The position numbers were made by a program, and so were the translations under genes. Shown piece by piece: positions 35,718 to 42,616 of a stretch of 42,616 nucleotides of DNA. The notes beneath the pieces were generated by a model. It was not told where the DNA came from and ran no database searches. It worked only from the letters and a program-made list of their open reading frames with translations. Origin of the DNA: an uncultured bacterium (lineage in GTDB: Bacteria; Bacillota; Clostridia; Christensenellales; Borkfalkiaceae); NCBI GenBank assembly GCA_934871445.1, contig CAKXBD010000001.1, positions 16,069 through 58,684 on the forward strand. Direction: 5' to 3'. The stretch's first letter is position 1, and each line of letters starts with the position of its first letter.

Positions 35718-37727
35718 ATGATGGACGTACAACAGACCACTATCAACGCGGTGAGAATCTTATCCGCGGAAGCAATTCAGAAGGCGAAATCGGGCCATCC
35801 CGGGCTTCCCATGGGCAGCGCGCCGATCGGTTACGCACTCTTCCAGAATTTCCTGAAATTCAATCCCAGAGATCCGAAGTGGGAAGACCGCGACAGATTT
35901 ATTCTTTCGGCGGGACACGGCTCCATGCTCGATTATTCTCTCCTTTATCTTTACGGTTACGATTTGAAGAAGGAAGATCTGATGAACTTCCGTCAATGGG
36001 ATTCCAAGACTCCCGGCCATCCCGAATACGGCCATACGGTCGGCATCGAGACGACGACGGGCCCTTTGGGACAGGGAATTGCCAATGCAGTGGGCATGGC
36101 GCTTGCGGAAGCGCATTTGGCGGCAAAATACAATAAGCCCGGGTTCCCCGTCGTAGATCACTATACCTATGCGCTCTGCGGCGACGGCTGTTTGGAGGAA
36201 GGAATTTCTTACGAAGCCTGTTCGTTTGCGGGCACGCACGCGCTCGGGAAGCTCATACTCTTCTACGACGACAATAACATCACGATAGAAGGCGACACGG
36301 ACGTGACGTTTAAGGAAAACGTCGGCGCGCGTTTCGCGGCGCAGAATTGGCAGGTTCTTCACGTGGATCTCGTCACCGACCCCGATAATATCGAAGCGAT
36401 TTCCGACGCGGTGGAAAAAGCGAAGGCGCGCACGGATAAGCCCACGATCATCATCTGCCACACAAAAATCGGCTACGGTTCCCCGCTCGAAGGAACGGCG
36501 AAGTGCCACGGCGCGCCCCTCGGCGAAGAGAACCTTCAAAAGACCAAGGAGAAGCTGGGCTGGCCGTGCGCGGAAGCGTTCGACTGCCCCGCGGAGGTAT
36601 TCGAGCATTGCGCCTTAGCGGCGAACGCGGGCGCGGAAAAGGAAATGCAGTGGAAGAAGATGTTCGCGGAATACGAATACGCCTATCCCGAACTCGCGGC
36701 GGAATACAAAGCGGCGATGGCGAACGAAAAGCCCGACCTCGAAGCGATGGAAGAGCTCTTTGCCTTCGATAAGCCCATGGCTACCCGCCAGACCTCCTCT
36801 GTGGTATTAAATAAACTTGCGGCAGTGCTTCCCCAGCTCATGGGCGGAAGCGCCGATCTCGCTCCCTCCAACCTTTCGGACATGAAGGATACGGACGAAA
36901 TCAAATACGGGACGTTTGCGCCCGATTCTTACGAAGGCAGAAACATTCATTTCGGAATCCGTGAACACGCGATGGCAGCGATAGCGAACGGCATGCAGCT
37001 CCACGGCGGAATACAGGCGTACTGCGCGACCTTCTTCGTGTTCTCTGACTATTGCAAGCCCGCCATGCGCCTCGCGGCTCTCATGAATATTCCCGTGACG
37101 TATATCATGACGCACGATTCTATCGGCGTCGGAGAGGACGGCCCCACGCACGAGCCTGTGGAACAGCTCATTTCTCTCCGTTCCATTCCGGGAATGAAGG
37201 TATATCGTCCCGCGGACGGCAAAGAGACGGCGGCGGCGTGGATTTCCGCGCTGACGGGCACCCAACCCACGGCGCTCGTCCTGACGAGACAGAACCTGCC
37301 GCAGTATGAAAACAGCGGCCTTGCGGCGCTGAAAGGCGGCTATGTACTGGAAGATGCGGAAGAAACGCCCGACGTTCTCCTCATCGGCACGGGTTCGGAA
37401 GTCGAACTCTGCGTCAAGGCAAAGGCACTGCTTGCGGAAAAGAACGTCAAGGCTCGCGTGGTTTCCATGCCCTGCATCGAAGAATTTGAAAAGCAGACCG
37501 CAGAATATAAGGAAAGCGTCCTTCCGTCGGCAGTCAAAGCGAGAGTGTGCGTAGAAGCCGGTTCCCCTTATAGCTGGTATAAATACGCGGGCGACGACGG
37601 CGAAATTGTCGGAATGACGACGTTCGGCGCTTCCGCTCCCGCAAACCTGCTCTTTGAAAAATTCGGTTTCACGGCAGAAAACGTCGCGGAAAAAGCAATG
37701 GCTTCCATCGCCAAGACAAATAAGTAA
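35718..37727 (+). CDS. tkt: Transketolase
   Basis: 669 aa. Has SGHPG, the GDGCLEEGIS ThDP motif, the transketolase pyrimidine-binding domain and the C-terminal domain. GGAG RBS. Confidence 0.97.
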   Translation: MMDVQQTTINAVRILSAEAIQKAKSGHPGLPMGSAPIGYALFQNFLKFNPRDPKWEDRDRFILSAGHGSMLDYSLLYLYGYDLKKEDLMNFRQWDSKTPGHPEYGHTVGIETTTGPLGQGIANAVGMALAEAHLAAKYNKPGFPVVDHYTYALCGDGCLEEGISYEACSFAGTHALGKLILFYDDNNITIEGDTDVTFKENVGARFAAQNWQVLHVDLVTDPDNIEAISDAVEKAKARTDKPTIIICHTKIGYGSPLEGTAKCHGAPLGEENLQKTKEKLGWPCAEAFDCPAEVFEHCALAANAGAEKEMQWKKMFAEYEYAYPELAAEYKAAMANEKPDLEAMEELFAFDKPMATRQTSSVVLNKLAAVLPQLMGGSADLAPSNLSDMKDTDEIKYGTFAPDSYEGRNIHFGIREHAMAAIANGMQLHGGIQAYCATFFVFSDYCKPAMRLAALMNIPVTYIMTHDSIGVGEDGPTHEPVEQLISLRSIPGMKVYRPADGKETAAAWISALTGTQPTALVLTRQNLPQYENSGLAALKGGYVLEDAEETPDVLLIGTGSEVELCVKAKALLAEKNVKARVVSMPCIEEFEKQTAEYKESVLPSAVKARVCVEAGSPYSWYKYAGDDGEIVGMTTFGASAPANLLFEKFGFTAENVAEKAMASIAKTNK

Positions 37728-37734
37728 TCCAAAA

Positions 37735-37766
37735 AGCGGCGGGAAAAAATCCCGCCGCTTTTTTCT
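37735..37766 (+). terminator. Intrinsic terminator of tkt
   Basis: AGCGGCGGGA-AAAAA-TCCCGCCGCT followed by TTTTTT, 8 nt after the stop. Confidence 0.9.
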
Positions 37767-37811
37767 CGTTCTTTTCTTTTTTCGGTCGTTTTTCCTCTGT
37801 CCGTTTTACTT

Positions 37812-38186
37812 CTTGTCTTTCATTTCTCCCACTATTTCCCCCTCCACCCCATTTTCCTCTTGTCTTTCATTTCTCCCACTATTTTCTGCCCCTCCACCTT
37901 TTTTCTTGTCTTTCGTTTCCCCCACTATTTTCCGACCCGCCCCATTTACCTCTTGTCCTTCGTTTCTCTCCACTATTTTCTGTCCCTCCACCTTTTTTCT
38001 TGTCTTTCATTTCTCCCGCTATTTTCCGCTCCGCCCCATTTTCCTCTTGCCCTTCGTTTCTCCCACTATTTTCCGCTCCGTCCCATTTTCCTCTTTTCCT
38101 TCGTTTCTCCCCACTATTTTCTGTCCCCGCCCTTTTCTTCTTGTCTTTCGTTTCTCCCGTTTTCTCGTTGTTTTCCCCTTGCTCTT
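37812..38186. repeat. Tandem array of eight 46-47-nt CT-rich units
   Basis: Units start at 37812, 37859, 37905, 37952, 37999, 38046, 38093 and 38140. Core is CTTGTCTTTC(A/G)TTTCTCCCACTATTTTC plus a variable 18-20-nt tail of two types (..CCCCATTTTCCT or ..CCACCTTTTTT). The last unit is degenerate. Confidence 0.95.
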
Positions 38187-38244
38187 TCTTTCGTTTTTCT
38201 TTTTTGTTTTCCATGTATATATACGCACTTCAACATACGTACAT

Positions 38245-38273
38245 TTGCACATCTTAAAAATTTTGCATATCAT
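38245..38273 (+). promoter_or_regulatory. Candidate promoter of the nitroreductase gene
   Basis: TTGCAC, 17 nt, TATCAT, then an AAGGAG RBS. Confidence 0.5.
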
Positions 38274-38301
38274 GAAATAGATTATAAGGAGTTATCTGAT
38301 T

Positions 38302-38832
38302 ATGGATATTCAGACAATAAAAGAATTATTTCTCACTCGCCAAAGCTGTCGCAGTTTTTCCTCCCGTCCCGTTTCAAAGGAGCAAATCGAAGAAATCTGT
38401 TCTCTCGCGGCGCTGGCGCCCTCCGCATGTGATTTACAGCCTTGGAAGGTCTACGCCGTAACGGGGGAAAAGCGCAAACCTCTCGCGGATTTCCTTATCG
38501 AAAGCGGAAAAGCCCCGTTTGTCGGAGACGCGCCCGCATTTTTGGTAATTGCGGAAAATCCCGCCGTTTCCCAAGAAAGACCGGCGCTCTCCTATTACGC
38601 GCCGTCGGATACGGGCGAATTTACGGCACACCTGATTCTCGCCGCAAAAGCCGCAGGACTGGACACCTGTATTTTGGGCTGGCAGAACCGTCCGGGATTA
38701 AAAGAGGTGACAGGTATAACGGACGCCGTAAATATTCCCTATGTAGTGGCGCTCGGCTATGCTTCGGAAGATTATGAAACCCGCCCGAAAGACCGCCGCC
38801 CTTTGAACGAAACGCTGACGTTTCTCGATTGA
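38302..38832 (+). CDS. Nitroreductase-family protein
   Basis: 176 aa. N-terminal RQSCRSFS motif and overall NfnB/NfsA-like small nitroreductase pattern. Confidence 0.88.
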   Translation: MDIQTIKELFLTRQSCRSFSSRPVSKEQIEEICSLAALAPSACDLQPWKVYAVTGEKRKPLADFLIESGKAPFVGDAPAFLVIAENPAVSQERPALSYYAPSDTGEFTAHLILAAKAAGLDTCILGWQNRPGLKEVTGITDAVNIPYVVALGYASEDYETRPKDRRPLNETLTFLD

Positions 38833-38917
38833 CGAATTTAATTTTTTCCGAAAGAACAAAACCTATACAGGCTGATCTTAAATGAGGCTTTACACACGAT
38901 TTTTATTGTTTTCGCCG

Positions 38918-38957
38918 AAAAAGACCGCCGAAGAACTTCGATAAGTCCTTCGGCGGC
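38918..38957. terminator. Hairpin between convergent genes (better U-run on the minus strand)
   Basis: CCGCCGAAG, 14-nt loop, CTTCGGCGG. The minus strand continues TCTTTTT. The plus strand continues CTTTCTTCG. Confidence 0.55.
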
Positions 38958-38973
38958 TTTCTTCGTTACAAAA

Positions 38974-39843
38974 TTATTTTTTATTTACGGGTACCCAAAT
39001 TTCGCTGCGGTAATCGGAGCTTTCCATATTTCCTTTTGTGTAGGCTTCTATATCCATTTCATAAGTCGGCCGATAACCGGACGCGGGGAAAAATTCCGAA
39101 ACAATTTTGTGCCACATCGTTTGTATTGCTTCGGGCATTTTTCCCTTGCACTCGAATACTGCCCATGTTCTTGCGGGAACGATATTTTTTCTGAAACCTT
39201 CCGGTACCGCGGCAGCCTTATCGCATTTAGCCGCAATCGAGTAGTCAAACGTCTTTGCGTTTTCGGATAAATTCCCATAGCAGATTCCAAAAATATACGT
39301 TTCGTCGCAAGTAATCCCCAAGAGCTTTTTTATCGTTCCGTCACTGTGCGCCCTCGTCCAAAATTCCGGAATACTTTTCGCATTTTCAGAATTTTCGACC
39401 GTGTGTGATTCGACTCTTTCAACAATTTGAAAGGCGTCTTTCTCGACAATCTTGTAATCCATTAAAGTTCCTCCATTCAATGAAATTTTCACGGAAAGCC
39501 GAGAAAATGATTTGACTTTGAAACCGCCCTTTCTCGCATCGGAAGGCGTAACGCCGTGAAATTTTGAAAAAGCCCTCGTAAAACTTTCGGGACTCTCGTA
39601 CCCGTATTTCAAAGCGATATCTATTACCTTATCCGCCGAAGTTTTGAGCTCATTGCCGGCAAGAGTGAGCCTTCTGCCCCGAATATATTCTCCGAGCGTC
39701 ATTCCGCACAGAATACTGAAAATTCTTTGGAAATAGAAATTTGAACAAGCGGCTTGTTCGGCGACAAGGTCGTAATCTATTTCTTCCGTCAGATGTTCCT
39801 CGACATAATCGATGGCGTTTTGTATTCCGGTAACCCAATCCAT
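38974..39843 (-). CDS. AraC-family transcriptional regulator with GyrI-like effector-binding domain
   Basis: 289 aa. N-terminal double HTH (GYESPESFTRAFSKFHGVTPS) and a C-terminal GyrI/SOUL-like domain. Confidence 0.9.
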   Translation of the reverse strand: MDWVTGIQNAIDYVEEHLTEEIDYDLVAEQAACSNFYFQRIFSILCGMTLGEYIRGRRLTLAGNELKTSADKVIDIALKYGYESPESFTRAFSKFHGVTPSDARKGGFKVKSFSRLSVKISLNGGTLMDYKIVEKDAFQIVERVESHTVENSENAKSIPEFWTRAHSDGTIKKLLGITCDETYIFGICYGNLSENAKTFDYSIAAKCDKAAAVPEGFRKNIVPARTWAVFECKGKMPEAIQTMWHKIVSEFFPASGYRPTYEMDIEAYTKGNMESSDYRSEIWVPVNKK

Positions 39844-39939
39844 ATTTTCTTTTGTCTCCGTGTGTTTCCATTATAGAACAAAAAAAATATAATGTCCTGA
39901 TTTTGTATGCCGAGTACTGTCAGGAAGCCGTTTCAAGAA

Positions 39940-41178
39940 TTATTCGAAAGGATAGGGTTCTCCGTCTCTGTACGCCCATTCTCCTGCCCAATATACGGTA
40001 ACATTATAGGGAGTTTTCCACATTTGCTCACCTTCTTCGACTTCTGCAAACAGAAAAATATCTTCCTTTCCAAATGCGTATTCGTCCAGTTTCTCCACAC
40101 TTTTCGGAATTACCAATTTTTCCAAAGATGTGCACTGACTAAAAGTATGCGCTCCGACCTCCTCCACGGAATCGGGAATGGTTATACTTCCGAGGGAGAT
40201 ACAGTCGGAAAAAGCGCCTTGTCTTATCTCTTTTAACGTAGAGGGAAGATTTACAGAAATCAAGCTGTTACAATCGCTGAACATATATTCTTCAATAAAA
40301 GTAATTCCCTCCTCTATTGTCACGTTTTTTAGATTTTCGCATTTGTAAAATATCCCCCACCCGCTTACGGAAATTCGGCTCGGTATGGATACCTCTGTCA
40401 GATTGTTACATTTTGAAAAAGATTGCTTTTCAATCCTCGTGACGGAATCCGGAAAAACCAAGCGTTCCATTTTATTTCCCAAACACGCCGCTTTTCCCAC
40501 TACAACGACCCCTTCGGGTATTTCACTTTTTATTCCCGCCCGAATCAGAGTTTTGCTTTCCTTCTCAATCAGACAATTATTTTCGCTGTAATATCTTTCG
40601 TTGTCTTCTGCAACGGTAATGTTTTCCAATGAACTGCAGCAAAGACTCCAATCTCCTATGGAAACCACTCCTGCGGGAATTGTTATCTTTTTAAGAAAAT
40701 CACAGACCTCAAAAGCGGATTCCCCTATCGTTTTCAGACTTTCCGGTAAATCTATTTTGTTCATTTTACAGCCGACAAAAGCGTCTTGCCCGATTTCTTC
40801 CAAACCTTCGGAAAACGCTACTTCCAATAATCCGCACTCGTAAAAAGCCCTTTCCCCGATCGTCTTTACGCTTGAAGGAATCGCCACGCTTATCAAATCC
40901 TCGTTTTCCCGAAAAGCGCTGCTCGCCACACCCGTAACCGGCTCGTCGAGGTAAGTCGAAGGAATCACCACCTCGGAAACCTCCGCGGCCCCCATTCCCG
41001 ATACCCAGTACCCCTCTTCTCCGTCCGGAGCGGGAATATATCTGAGTCCCTCCGTAGGTTTCAGTCCCGCCGTCGCGTCACCGTTTCCCTTATCGCCGCA
41101 AGCGGTCAAAGCCAATCCGGCAGCGGCGATAGCCGCACAGCAAACGGACAAAAAAAAGATTTTCCCCGATTTTTTCAT
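39940..41178 (-). CDS. BspA-type leucine-rich-repeat surface lipoprotein
   Basis: 412 aa. Signal peptide with lipobox LALTAC, then many repeats of the IPxSVxxIGxxAFxxCxxL type. AAAGGAG RBS. Confidence 0.9.
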   Translation of the reverse strand: MKKSGKIFFLSVCCAAIAAAGLALTACGDKGNGDATAGLKPTEGLRYIPAPDGEEGYWVSGMGAAEVSEVVIPSTYLDEPVTGVASSAFRENEDLISVAIPSSVKTIGERAFYECGLLEVAFSEGLEEIGQDAFVGCKMNKIDLPESLKTIGESAFEVCDFLKKITIPAGVVSIGDWSLCCSSLENITVAEDNERYYSENNCLIEKESKTLIRAGIKSEIPEGVVVVGKAACLGNKMERLVFPDSVTRIEKQSFSKCNNLTEVSIPSRISVSGWGIFYKCENLKNVTIEEGITFIEEYMFSDCNSLISVNLPSTLKEIRQGAFSDCISLGSITIPDSVEEVGAHTFSQCTSLEKLVIPKSVEKLDEYAFGKEDIFLFAEVEEGEQMWKTPYNVTVYWAGEWAYRDGEPYPFE

Positions 41179-41219
41179 AATTTCTCCTTTGTTGCCTTTG
41201 GTTATCCTGCAACGGAGGT

Positions 41220-41248
41220 ATTATATCATATCGGGGAAAGTCTGTCAA
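41220..41248 (-). promoter_or_regulatory. Consensus sigma-A promoter of the LRR lipoprotein gene
   Basis: Minus strand: TTGACA, 17 nt, TATAAT. Confidence 0.7.
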
Positions 41249-41332
41249 TATGCCGATAAAAAATTTATTGTTGTCGATTGAAAATGTTTTAGTCAGCCGC
41301 AAAACTTTACGCCAAAATATCGCGATTTTTAT

Positions 41333-41533
41333 TCAAATATCCAATTCAGGCGGAACGTCGATTTCGTCGGAGACATATTTTCCGTTCTTTTTCCGCTGCC
41401 GAACGCACTCGGAAAGGAGGTATTCGATTTGCCCGTTCACGGATCGGAAATCATCCTCCGCCCAAGCGGCGATGGCGTCGTATAATTTCGGAGAGAGCCG
41501 AAGCGGTACCTGTTTTTTCTGATTGTCGTTCAT
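41333..41533 (-). CDS. Small Arc/MetJ-type ribbon-helix-helix protein
   Basis: 66 aa. [37 protein letters not shown] fits a beta-strand plus two-helix RHH pattern. Its ATG lies 1 nt after the SPFH stop. Confidence 0.72.
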   Translation of the reverse strand: MNDNQKKQVPLRLSPKLYDAIAAWAEDDFRSVNGQIEYLLSECVRQRKKNGKYVSDEIDVPPELDI

Positions 41534-41534
41534 C

Positions 41535-42545
41535 TCAGTATAAACTTCCCGAATTTACGACGGGCTGAGCGTCGTGATTGCCGCAGAGCACGACGAGGAG
41601 ATTGGAGACCATAGCGGCTTTGCGTTCTTCGTCGAGTTCGACGACGCTGTTTTGACTGAGCCGTTCGAGAGCCATTTCCACCATTCCCACTGCGCCGTCG
41701 ACGATCATTTTTCGCGCGTCGATAATGGCGGAAGCCTGCTGGCGCTGTAACATGACGGCAGCGATTTCGGGCGCATAAGCGAGGTAAGTAATTCTGGCCT
41801 CTATGACTTCCAATCCGGCCTCTTCGACGCGCTTTTGAATTTCATCCTTAATTCTCGAAGCGACGACCTCGCTAGAACCTCTGAGGCTCCCCTCGTCCGC
41901 GATGCCGTCGCCCGTCGTATCGACGTTAGGCGCTACATCGTAGGGATAGATGCGGACGATATTTCTCAAAGCGCTGTCGCACTGCAAGGAAAGATACTCC
42001 TTGTAGTTATCCACATTGAATACAGCCTTTGCGGTATCCACCACCTTCCACATGACCGCGATTCCGATTTCCACGGGATTGCCGAGACAGTCGTTTATCA
42101 TATGCCGAGTGTTGTTGAGCGTAAATATTTTAAATGAAATCGTATTGTTGTTAGTGGAAATTCCGGGCTTTGAGGCCGCCATTACGGTCTCTCCCGCACC
42201 GCTGTTGACATCGCCGCTCTGATTGAGCTTCGTCTTTGCCGCGGGATTGACCGACGAACAGAAGGGATTGACGAAGTAGAAGCCCTCCCCTTTGAGCGTT
42301 CCGACGTATTTACCGAACAGAGTCAGAACCAACGCCTCCTGCGGTTTGAGAATTTTGAGTCCCATCGCGGGAACCCAGCCAATCATGACGACGACAAACG
42401 ACACGATAAACAGAACCGGATTTCCGTCTCCCTCCATCATTCCCGCACCAAAGACCATGCCGACAATCGCCAGCGCATATATCGCGATAATGACAATCAG
42501 CGCCGCCATGCCGTGTTTCTTGTTTTTCAATATAATTTCTTCCAT
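41535..42545 (-). CDS. SPFH/Band-7 (stomatin/prohibitin-like) membrane protein
   Basis: 336 aa. Two N-terminal TM helices, an SPFH core ([16 protein letters not shown]...), and a coiled-coil C-terminus. GGAGGG RBS. Confidence 0.9.
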   Translation of the reverse strand: MEEIILKNKKHGMAALIVIIAIYALAIVGMVFGAGMMEGDGNPVLFIVSFVVVMIGWVPAMGLKILKPQEALVLTLFGKYVGTLKGEGFYFVNPFCSSVNPAAKTKLNQSGDVNSGAGETVMAASKPGISTNNNTISFKIFTLNNTRHMINDCLGNPVEIGIAVMWKVVDTAKAVFNVDNYKEYLSLQCDSALRNIVRIYPYDVAPNVDTTGDGIADEGSLRGSSEVVASRIKDEIQKRVEEAGLEVIEARITYLAYAPEIAAVMLQRQQASAIIDARKMIVDGAVGMVEMALERLSQNSVVELDEERKAAMVSNLLVVLCGNHDAQPVVNSGSLY

Positions 42546-42562
42546 AAAATCCCTCCAATATT

Positions 42563-42578
42563 ATTTTGATATCAAAAT
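42563..42578. promoter_or_regulatory. Perfect 16-bp palindrome overlapping the -10/TSS of the SPFH-RHH operon
   Basis: ATTTTGATATCAAAAT. It shares 2 nt with the -10 box and covers the predicted start site. Confidence 0.5.
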
Positions 42579-42605
42579 TATATCATAATACATTTTGCTT
42601 GTCAA
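42577..42605 (-). promoter_or_regulatory. Consensus sigma-A promoter of the SPFH-RHH operon
   Basis: Minus strand: TTGACA, 17 nt, TATAAT. Confidence 0.75.
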
Positions 42606-42616
42606 TCGATTTAAGG

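Noticed and set aside
37812-38186. The 47-nt repeat array as a CRISPR array.
   Set aside because: The units are contiguous with no unique spacers. The 18-20-nt variable tails are themselves two repeated types. A 28-nt core plus a 19-nt tail does not fit CRISPR geometry, and no cas genes or leader are nearby.
37654-38280. ORFs through the repeat array, as a repetitive Ser/Pro/Phe-rich or Lys/Glu/Gly-rich protein. These are 208 aa and 190 aa on the plus strand, and 111, 84 and 61 aa on the minus strand.
   Set aside because: The repeat period (46-47 nt) is not divisible by 3, so a single frame cannot encode a repeating peptide. The 208-aa ORF starts inside tkt and crosses its terminator. The minus-strand ATG at 38214 has no SD.

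Overview
A 42.6-kb chromosomal segment that reads like a spore-forming Firmicute of the Clostridia type. This guess rests on the T-box leader, mcsA-mcsB-clpC, a CotF-like gene, DegV paralogs, and GGAGG ribosome-binding sites (RBS) with near-consensus sigma-A promoters. Core genes spot-count at about 58% GC.

Gene content is mostly housekeeping, and nearly everything from 1 to 33.8 kb is on the minus strand:
- dtd (partial), efp and an M24 peptidase
- an endonuclease-IV-like TIM barrel, ribF and truB
- pheT-pheS behind a Phe T-box
- a membrane protein, mscL, a zinc-ribbon membrane protein and a degenerate GH36-like protein
- two small sporulation-type genes and nth
- DUF3343 next to a SufS/CsdA-like desulfurase
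- an aroC-B-A-E-Q-K operon with a coupled SDR and a GNAT
- clpC, mcsB and mcsA preceded by a membrane XRE regulator
- two DegV genes flanking proS
- a plus-strand phosphohexomutase-tkt operon and a nitroreductase
- an AraC/GyrI regulator and a BspA-type LRR lipoprotein
- an SPFH-RHH pair

I saw no rRNA, tRNA, CRISPR array, cas gene, transposase, integrase, phage gene or recognisable defence system. I do not see a convincing novel multi-gene system.

The signals the gene models do not explain are non-coding or regulatory:
1. Eight tandem 46-47-nt CT-rich units fill a 574-nt gene-free gap after tkt. A near-copy of the unit core sits in the mcsB-clpC spacer.
2. Three tandem 34-nt units lie directly after degV.
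3. A leaderless, membrane-anchored XRE regulator sits where ctsR normally heads the mcsA-mcsB-clpC operon.
4. Several hairpins and palindromes sit exactly on RBSs or promoters.

Motif coordinates were counted by hand and may be off by 1-2 nt. All family assignments come from remembered motifs, not from searches.
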